From positions 8,962-72,961 of the forward strand of contig MEOF01000050.1 in assembly GCA_001769505.1 (NCBI GenBank): a stretch of 64,000 nt of DNA, given 5' to 3'. The DNA comes from Bacteroidetes bacterium GWF2_33_38 (GTDB taxonomy: Bacteria > Bacteroidota > Bacteroidia > Bacteroidales > GWF2-33-38). The notes beneath the pieces are model-generated. The model saw nothing but the letters and a program-made list of their open reading frames with translations, did no database searches and had not been told where the DNA came from. Both the position numbers and the translations under genes were made by a program. Each line of letters begins with the position of its first letter. Position 1 is the first letter of the stretch. Of this stretch, positions 47,842-57,300 are shown piece after piece.

Positions 47842-50067
47842 TTATGCTTCTTTATTTGGGTTTTCCATTATAAATGTAACAAAATTTCCACGCATTCCGG
47901 TTCCTCCCATGATTGGGTCAACCAGAACTTTTGTGATTAAATCAGAATCACTAGCTCCTCTACCATAAGCACGAGTTAATCGTTTATCAACATGTCCAAA
48001 TCCATGAACCATATAGACTGAGTCCCAACGAATTCGTTCAGTTATTCGGACTTTAATAGGTGTTTTTGAATAAACATCATCTTGATTTTTAAGCCAAACA
48101 TACTGGTCGTTTTTCAAGTTCCATTGCGTAGCAACTTTGGGATTAACCCAAACAGTATTTTCATCCATCAAATCGGTAAGATGAGGATTGTTAGCGGTTC
48201 GGCTAAATGTATGCATCGGAGCTCGACCATAAATAAGTCGGTAAAAATTGGCTGCTGGTTGTTCGTGTTCGGTGTATTTTGGCATAGCATCAAAACCTTC
48301 GGCCTCAAGTGCTGTTGAGTATAATTCAATTTTTCCGGTATTTGTATTAAATTGAAAATCTTCGTCTTCATTTAAATACAAGTCATCGTATTCTCTATCG
48401 AAAAGCTTAACCCCAATTCGTTGCATTTCTTCTAGTGAGGTTCCAGCTTGTTTAAGCTCCCAATCTAATTTCTCTTCAATAGTATTGTATGCAAAATAAT
48501 CTCCTAAGCCAAGTTTTTCGCCTAAGTTTTTTGCAATCCACCAAGCTGGTTTTGAATCGTACATTGGTTCAGCGGCTGGCATTCTCAATGCTAAATTTGG
48601 CTGACGATGAGGCGAGGATCTAATTTCGTCGTAACGTTCTAAATAAGTGCATTCAGGTAAAACAACATCTGCGTATCCTGTAATTTCCATAGGCATTGTG
48701 TCAACAACTACCAACAGTTCAAGATTGCTAATTGCTTCTAGTGTTTTTTTCTGGTCAGGAATGGTTGCAATTAAGTTTGTTCCATTAACTATCCAACCTC
48801 TGAAAGAGCAATCTCGTTCAGAAGAAGGAACCGTTGCGTCGCAAATCCCAGATGATAAAACTTCATTTGCCAAATTATATTTGCCAGGAAAAGCATCTCT
48901 CCAAGTTCTTGTTGGTTTCGGATATTCGGGAGATGGAAATTTATGTAACTTTACTTTTTCAGGATTATAAAAACCGCCTCTTCTTCCCCACGAACCAAGA
49001 ATTGCATTTAATATTGCTACAGCTCTTAATCGCTGAGTATCATCGCCATACCAAGTTACATGCCGACCAGGATGAACAATTACAGCGGGGGAGGCGTTTG
49101 CCATTTCTTTGGCAGTTTGTCTGATTATGTTTGGGTCAATAGTTGTAATTCCATAGGCCCATTCAGGAGTATAACTTCTAACATGTTCTTTTAGTTGTTC
49201 AAAACCATAAGTGTGTTTTTCGACGTATTTTTTGTCGTACCAATCGTTATAAATAATTTCATGAATCCATGCAAGAAGTAAGGCTAAATCGGTAGCAGGT
49301 TTTATCGGAAGCCAATATTTTGATTTACTTGCTGCGGTCGAAAATCGTGGGTCAACAGTAATAATTGTTGCTCCTCTGTCAATAGCATCTGACATTTCTT
49401 GAACTTGCCCGTTATGCATATTTTCTCCAAGGTGAGAGCCTATTAAAACCAAACAATTTGTATCCCGAATATCAGTACGCTCGGGAGATAAAACAAGTTC
49501 ACCAAATGTAGCAACAAACGCCGCTTCTCTTGGTCCTCTACATTGAGCAAAAGATGGAGCCGCAATATTAGTTGAGCCATAAGCTTTTAATAGGTGTCCA
49601 AAATGAGAGCCTCCAGAACCATGAGTTAGCAATGCAACGCATTCGGGACCATATTTGTCTGCAATGGCTTTCATTTTTTCAGATACTAAATTTAGGGCTT
49701 CATCCCAAGTTGCTTCTCTGAATGTTTGACTTCCCGGTTCTCCTACCCTAATTAATGGTGTTTTAAGCCGATCTTCATCATAATACATTCCAAGTCCTCC
49801 AGTTCCTCTCGGACAAAAACGGCCATTTGAGTGAGGATCAAGCTTATTGCCTGTAATTTTCCAAATTTTACCTTCTTTATTTTTGTACACCCAGCCGGCA
49901 CACATCCAAAAACAAACTTCGCAGTATGTAGGGGTTCGTGTTAGAAGCTCTTTCCCAAATTCACTGTCAGCAAAGACTTCTCCATATGCCCATTTAAACG
50001 ATGTTCCTACTACAGCCAAACCACCAACTCCTACGGAACTGATTTTTATAAAATCCCTTCTTTTCAT
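47842..50067 (-). CDS. psrA: Tat-exported molybdopterin oxidoreductase, polysulfide/thiosulfate reductase catalytic subunit (PsrA/PhsA type)
   Basis: KRRDFIK, CEVCFWMC...CPRG FeS motif, AQC (candidate Mo ligand), ADVVLP; operon with B/C subunits and sulfur-handling genes. Confidence 0.85.
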   Translation of the reverse strand: MKRRDFIKISSVGVGGLAVVGTSFKWAYGEVFADSEFGKELLTRTPTYCEVCFWMCAGWVYKNKEGKIWKITGNKLDPHSNGRFCPRGTGGLGMYYDEDRLKTPLIRVGEPGSQTFREATWDEALNLVSEKMKAIADKYGPECVALLTHGSGGSHFGHLLKAYGSTNIAAPSFAQCRGPREAAFVATFGELVLSPERTDIRDTNCLVLIGSHLGENMHNGQVQEMSDAIDRGATIITVDPRFSTAASKSKYWLPIKPATDLALLLAWIHEIIYNDWYDKKYVEKHTYGFEQLKEHVRSYTPEWAYGITTIDPNIIRQTAKEMANASPAVIVHPGRHVTWYGDDTQRLRAVAILNAILGSWGRRGGFYNPEKVKLHKFPSPEYPKPTRTWRDAFPGKYNLANEVLSSGICDATVPSSERDCSFRGWIVNGTNLIATIPDQKKTLEAISNLELLVVVDTMPMEITGYADVVLPECTYLERYDEIRSSPHRQPNLALRMPAAEPMYDSKPAWWIAKNLGEKLGLGDYFAYNTIEEKLDWELKQAGTSLEEMQRIGVKLFDREYDDLYLNEDEDFQFNTNTGKIELYSTALEAEGFDAMPKYTEHEQPAANFYRLIYGRAPMHTFSRTANNPHLTDLMDENTVWVNPKVATQWNLKNDQYVWLKNQDDVYSKTPIKVRITERIRWDSVYMVHGFGHVDKRLTRAYGRGASDSDLITKVLVDPIMGGTGMRGNFVTFIMENPNKEA

Positions 50068-50258
50068 GCTTTATACATGTGTTTATTTAAATATTGGTAT
50101 ATTTATACGTACAAATATCTACTTAAATTATTATATCTACAAATTTATTAAGATATTTATATCTTTATATTATTGTAAATATGTTTATCAACAGTTGATA
50201 CTTTTATCCTTAAAAACATAAGAAAATCAAAACGAGAATTTAGGCGAAATTTTATGAT

Positions 50259-51128
50259 TTATTCAAAAATATTCAGCATTTCAGCTTGTATAATTTCTAA
50301 ACTTTCAGAGTCATATACAAAAGCAACAACGTCGCAATGATAATGATTCCATGAGTTGTTAATTGAATAAGAATAAATTCTGGTTGTTTCATCATCAACT
50401 GTTAAATTTCCAGTTGCGATTATATCACCCCATGTACTATTTATTGCACCTCGCAATACATGACGATGGGTATAATTAGGAATATCTTGTGGGTCTTGAT
50501 TATAATCTAATTGCATAGATGTTATGCTGTCTTCGGATATGTAAACTGCTAGTTTCAATGTTTTAGAAATATCGGTCAGAGCTTTCGTTAAAACACTAAC
50601 AGTTAAAGCTCTGCTAGTGGAGTCATAAGCGTTTGTAATTTCGATGTGAATTTCAGGGGTTGCTTGTAATATTTGATCTACTGCTGCGGTCCAACTAGTG
50701 TACGATAAAATAAGTTCTCCTGTAATAGATGAGCGATTTACCATTCCGTTTGGTAATCCTGCATTTGAGTTTCCAAAATATGCATCTAACTCATTTCCAA
50801 CACTCGTTTGATAATCTGCAGTGTAAGTTCCTAATGGCCAAGCAAAGAATCCTGTGTGAACCGCCATTGGTATTATTTGTTCTCCATATGTTTCAATTAA
50901 TTCAGCTAATTTTTCGTGAGCTTTTGGGCAGTTTCCACAACGATGACCGGTATAATCCTCTAACAGAATTTTACGTTTATATTCAATAACTGCAGTTGTG
51001 TCAATTGTATCTGTAGTATCGACAATAACAATAGGTTTTTCTTGTTCAATCATGTATGGAGACTCAACAATATCGCACGCAGTATAGAAGAATGCAAATA
51101 AAACGGTTAAAAGTTTAATGTTTTTCAT
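50259..51128 (-). CDS. Omp28-family lipoprotein with CxxC
   Basis: Lipobox YTAC, LLEDYTGHRCGNCP, P.GMVNR, Y.HRHVLR; start placed at MKNIK. Confidence 0.87.
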   Translation of the reverse strand: MKNIKLLTVLFAFFYTACDIVESPYMIEQEKPIVIVDTTDTIDTTAVIEYKRKILLEDYTGHRCGNCPKAHEKLAELIETYGEQIIPMAVHTGFFAWPLGTYTADYQTSVGNELDAYFGNSNAGLPNGMVNRSSITGELILSYTSWTAAVDQILQATPEIHIEITNAYDSTSRALTVSVLTKALTDISKTLKLAVYISEDSITSMQLDYNQDPQDIPNYTHRHVLRGAINSTWGDIIATGNLTVDDETTRIYSYSINNSWNHYHCDVVAFVYDSESLEIIQAEMLNIFE

Positions 51129-51322
51129 ATTTAGTTTTACAAAATTCAATAATAAATACAGAATATAGATGATATACAATTAGGGCAAAAATAGCAAATA
51201 TAAAATTGAAAGTTTTGTATTTCATAACATTATTCAATGTTTCAAAATAAATATAAAATATATTTTATCTGAAGTTTTGTAATAAACTTTGAAAAGAAAA
51301 AACTGAATATAATGAGTGCTTG

Positions 51323-54300
51323 TTACTTAATAATCAGCTTTTTACTGTATATTTTATTATCTGAAGTGCCGATTACAAGGTAAATTCCAGGAGCTAATTT
51401 ATTTTGAGTATCAATAGCAACAAGAGCATTTTCGCAACATCCAAGTATATTAACTTTTGAATAAACTTCTTTCCCATAAATGTCTAATACAACAACTAAT
51501 ACTTCTTTTTCTTCTTGCAATCCTGCAAATTCAAAGAATACTGTTTCTCCGCTTTCAACAGGATTTGGAAAAAGCCTTACATTTATTTCTGATTTGTTTT
51601 CAAATGTAACAGCGACATACTCAGAAAAAGTAAATTTTCCATCAAAATCAACTTGCTTCAACATATAGTATGAAGTTCCCTCCAAAGGAGATTCATCAGT
51701 TGCCGAATAATTAAGCATTTCGTTGCTATTTCCGGCTCCGTCGATTGTTGCTATATCTTCAAAATCAATCAAGTTTTGAGTTCGTTGAACAACAAAATAA
51801 TCGTTGTTATGCTCGCTTGCTGTTGTCCAAGTTAAGTCAACATTTTGAAAATTAACGCTAGCATTAAAACTAATTAATTCAATAGGCAAAATATCAGCGG
51901 GATCTTTTCTCCAATCGAGTTCAGTGGTAGGACTTGTAACATTTGGGTGGAAAAGAGGTGTCATACCCGAATTTGTTGCAAGTTTAATGCCTATGTTATT
52001 GTCAAAACCATCATCTAAACCATCATTATCCGAGTCTATTCCTGTTGGAAGTCCTGTGTTTGCATTTGGGCTATCTGAGCCATTAACAACTCCATCTCCA
52101 TTTGTATCATGACCTTCAATGATATCATTAGTTCCGTCTCCATCGCTATCATCATCTCTAAAATCTGGGATGCCATCTGCATCAGTATCATTTACGGTAA
52201 CAATTGCTTTAGCCGCATTATCGTATGAATTGTCGATTCCATTTGAATTATCGTCAGAATTAGATGGAGCAACATAACTAGTTGATGCTCTATATTCGGT
52301 ATTATCAGTAATTCCATCATCGTCGGCATCAATATCCAAGAAGTTTAAACTACCTGTTCCATCGGTATTTGCATTTGGGTATGTATTGGGAATTCCATTT
52401 GCATCGGTATCTGCTCCTGTTATTGTTAGTGATGTCAGTCCTTCATAAGAATCGTGGTAGCCATTGTTATTCGCATCTGTAAAAAAGTCAACTTTTGCAT
52501 TATTATTTGCATCGGTTCCAATAGCTTCTACAATATCAGGAATTCCGTCGGCATCAGAATCTAAATCATAAATATTAAAAATTCCATCTCCATCAAAATC
52601 ACTATTTGTAATATTATCGCCTCCATTGTCGGTATCATAAATATCAACTAATCCATCTCCATCGGTATCGGTTAAATTATCAACAATACCATCTCCATCA
52701 GTATCTACTCCGCTTGCTTCTACTAAATCAGGAATTCCGTCATTATCTCCATCTAAATCTACTGAATCCATAATTCCGTCACTGTCAGTATCTCCTGCAC
52801 CTTCGTTAATATCTAATATTCCATCATTGTCATCGTCAACATCTAACGAATTTGCTAATCCGTCTGCGTCAGAGTCTTTGGCTTCTCTCCAATCTAATTC
52901 AGGAGTTAAAGGTAAATCTAAATTTGGAAAATTTGTTGGGATATCTCCTCCATTATCAACACTGAAGCCTACAACCGCATCAAAATTGTCGTCAATACCA
53001 TCGTTGTCGGTGTCGGTTCCTGAACTTATTGAAGATGTTGTTTCTTTAGTATCAGATAAGCCGTCTCCGTCAGAATCAGTATCTAAATAATCATTTGTTC
53101 CATCAGAGTCTGTATCTATAGGACTGATTGTAATTCCACCATTATCTGAATCATAACCATCATCAAGTCCGTCATTATCAGTATCTGTTCCTGTCGGAGC
53201 AACATATCCTGCACTTGTTTGACTTTCAATAATATCAATAATACCATCGTCGTCAGAATCAGCATCGCTTGTATTATAGATACCATCATTATCAGAATCG
53301 GCAGGATTTGCATTGTCGTCGATTCCGTCAGAATCAGCATCAGTTCCGCCTGTTAAAGTAACATCAAATCGATTGTCAATACCATCGCTATCTGCATCAA
53401 TTCCAGTTGGTGCTGTTCCAAAACCTTCTATATATTCTGGAGAGCCGTCATTATCGCTATCAATATCATATACATCGAATAAACCATCTCCGTCTGAATC
53501 TAAATATGTGTTAAATGCAGTTTCGAAAGCATCGTCGATACCATCTCCATCAGTATCTAATCCATCTTTGAATGTAGCTGTTGTTGTTTCAAAAGCATCA
53601 TTAACCCCATCATTATCGGTATCTACATCAATAAAATCTGGTTTTGAGTCTGAGTCAAAATTCGCATTTGGATATGAATCAGGAATACCATCGCTTCCAG
53701 CGTCAATTCCGGTTAGCAATAATGCATTTGCTGAATTTTCGGAAGTTCCGTCATTTCCAACATCTCCATCGTAATTGTCGCTGTAGCCATCATTGTCAGT
53801 ATCGGTAAATGCATCAACTTTACCATCGTTATCTGCATCTATTCCCGAAGCCTCAATAATATCTGTCAAGCCATCGTTATCGGAGTCTAAGTCTATAGAA
53901 TTTTTTACTCCATCAGCATCGGAATCTAGATTTGGAATTGCTGTTCCTAAAGTTCCCCCACAAGTAGCAATTTGAGTAATACTATACCAAATCGCATCTA
54001 TCCCGAGATTTCTTTTATTTCCTGCGGTTCTAGTAAATCGAATATATTGAGCATTCTCAAGGAGTATTGTGTATGTTGATGTTGCGGCAGTAGTGTTATT
54101 ATTCGTTCTTGCTGATGAATTTGACCAAGATGTTCCATCTAATGATTGTTCAACAATATATCCTGGAACTACCGCACCAGGACCTCCAGCAGAAACAATC
54201 ATAACGCTTCTGATTGAAACAATTGTATTAATAGGCAAAATATCAGGTAAATGAAGTGTTAACACATCTCCATTATTATCTAAAACAGCATTTGAAGCAT

Positions 54301-57300
54301 CCATTACTCCGAGTGCATTATTTGGATTAGTAACACCTGAATTAGTTTGAGAATCTGCATCATCACTAATTGCAATAGCTCCAATACATTCAATATCATA
54401 AACATCGCTCACTCCATTTCCATTAACGTCAACAAAATTGTCAACTTTACCATCGCCATCAATATCAACGCCTCCTGCTTCAACTAAATCGGGGATTCCA
54501 TCATTGTCTGAATCTAAATCGATACCATCAATGATTCCATCACTGTCGGTATCTGCCATACCCTCGACAATATCTGAAATACCATCGTTGTCATCGTCTA
54601 AATCAGCGGAATTAAAAATGCCATCACTATCGGTATCTCCTGCTTCACGCCAGTCTCTATCAGCTCCGGGAGTAATTACATCGGGAAAATCAGTCGCAAG
54701 CTCGCTTCCGTCAGTTGGGTCAAACCCAACAACATCATCGAAATTATCATCTAATCCATCGTTATCAGCGTCTGAACCAGCTGCAAGTGTTTCTGCAGTT
54801 CCATCTCCATTTGTATCATATCCTTCAACTGCATCTATTATAGCGTCATTATCGGAGTCCAAATCCATAAAATCAGAAGTTCCATCTCCATCGGTATCTT
54901 CAGGAGTGAGTCCACCAGCTTCATAAGCATTATCAATTCCATCTCCATCTGCATCGGCATTGGCAGGAGAAATGTATCCGACAGTTGCTTGTGCTTCTAC
55001 ATTATCAATGATACCATCGTTGTCAGAATCAATATCATAAACATTGAATATTCCATCTCCGTCAGTATCTAAAGGTTTTGCCATATCATCAATACCATAA
55101 GCATCAGAATCTGTTCCGCCAGTTAAATCGCCATCGAATCCGTCGTCAATTCCATCACCATCGGCATCGTTAACAGCAGGAGTCAACCAACTATTTTCGA
55201 CATAATCTAATATTCCATCGTCGTCGGAATCTAGGTCTAGATGATTTGATTCGCCATCTCCATCAACATTAGTAAATAAACTAAAACTTCCACTTTGGTC
55301 GGCGTCAAAAATGTCATCGATTCCGTCATTATCGGTATCGACTCCTGTAAATATTGTAGATTGATTCGTTTCATAAGCATCGGCAACTCCATCATCATCA
55401 GAATCTGCATCTAAATAATTAGAAACACCATCTACATCAAAATCAGGTATTGAAAGGGCTGTTCCGACTGTTCCTCCGCAAGTTGCGACTTGAGAATAGT
55501 CATACCATATTGCATCTATTCCAAGATTTCTTTTGTTCCCAGCAGTTCTTGTAAATCGAATATATCTAGCGGTTGCCACTAAAATTGTGTATGTTGAAGT
55601 AGCTGCAGTAGTACTATTATTAGTTCTAGCTGATGAATTTGACCAAGCTAATCCATCTAATGATTGCTCAACGGTATATCCCGGAATAATTGCACCAGGA
55701 CCTCCAGCTGAAACAATCATCACACTTCTAATAGAAACAATCGTATTAATAGGCAATATGTCAGGTAAATGAAGTGTTAATACATCTCCATTATTATCTA
55801 AAACAGCGTAAGAAGCATCCATTGCTCCGAGAGCATTATTTGGATTAGTAACACCTGAATTAGTTTGAGAATCTGAATATTTTGTTGATATAAGAGCTCC
55901 AACACATTCAATATCATAGCTATCATGAATCCCATTTAGATTAACGTCTGCAAATCCATCAACCATACCGTTATTATCTGCATCAGTTCCTCCAGCTTCA
56001 ACAATATCAGGCAAACCATCATTATCAGAGTCTAAATCTAAATAATCGGAAACGCCATCTCCATCAGTATCGGCAATTCCTTCAACAGCATCGGTAATTC
56101 CATCGTTATCTTTATCATCATCTAAAGAATCAAGATAACCATCGCGATCGGTATCAACTTCACGCCAATCTCTTTCAGCGGTTAAAGGAATTACGACATT
56201 TGGATAATCGGTTGGTAATTCTCCTCCGTCGGTTGCATTGTAGCCAACATTTCCATCGAAAGCATTGTCTAAACCATCACCATCAGTATCAACTCCTGTT
56301 GCTAAAGTATTAGAAACTCCATCATCATCGGTATCGTAACATTCAACCAAATCAGATAAAAAGTCATTATCCGAATTTGTATCTTGGAAATCGTAATCAC
56401 CGTCAGAATCTGTATCAACTAAAGTAATTTCAGTTCCCGCATTGTCAGTATCATATTCATCATCTAAACCATCATTATCTGTATCAACTCCTAATGGATC
56501 TCTGTATCCTGCAGTTGATTGAGCTTCAATATTATCAATTACACCATCATTATCCGAATCGGTGTCAACAATATTGTATAATCCATCAGAATCAACATCT
56601 GTTGGTAAAAATGCATCGTCTATTCCATCAGAATTTGCATCGGTTCCTAATGTAATATCAACATCATAACGATTGTCGATGCCATCTCCATCGGTATCTG
56701 TTCCCAGAGGCTCTGCCCCGCCACACTCAATATAGTCTGCTATACCATCATTATCAGAATCTTGATCAATAAAATCATTTTTACCATCTCCATCAGTATC
56801 TTGTTCTGTATTTGGAGTTCCTCCTAAAAATATTTCATATTCATCGTCAATTCCATCTCTGTCTGTATCAACGCCACTTGGTAGAGTTGCTGTTGTAGTT
56901 TCGTAAACATCGGGTATTCCGTCATTACCTGTATCAATATCTTCAAAATCGGCACGAGCATCACCATCTGAATTTATTAGCGTAAGAGGAGTTCCTCCGT
57001 CATCGGCATCAACAATATCTGATAAACCATCGGCATCGGTATCTGTAATAATTAATGCAGAACCTATAATTCCATCTTTATTAGTATCTGTTCCGCCACA
57101 TTCTGTAACATCAAAAATACCATCATTATCAGTATCTAAATCTAAAAAATCAGGAATACCATCTTTGTCATAATCGTATTTATCGTTTACTCCATCTCCA
57201 TCAACATCAACAAATGCTGGGAAACCAGGAGTTAAATCATTATTATCCCAATAGTTTGGAACACCATCTAAATCTGAATCTGTACTTGGATCAAATCCAG

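Noticed and set aside
12540-50989. Numerous 60-155 aa ORFs overlapping housekeeping genes (e.g. 12540, 17881, 18302, 25609, 27283, 38982, 49847)
   Set aside because: They largely or wholly overlap well-supported genes on the opposite strand or another frame and show no motifs
53950-55915. Duplicated domain as a DGR template/variable repeat pair
   Set aside because: Both copies are in-frame coding, and differences are largely synonymous or conservative rather than adenine-restricted
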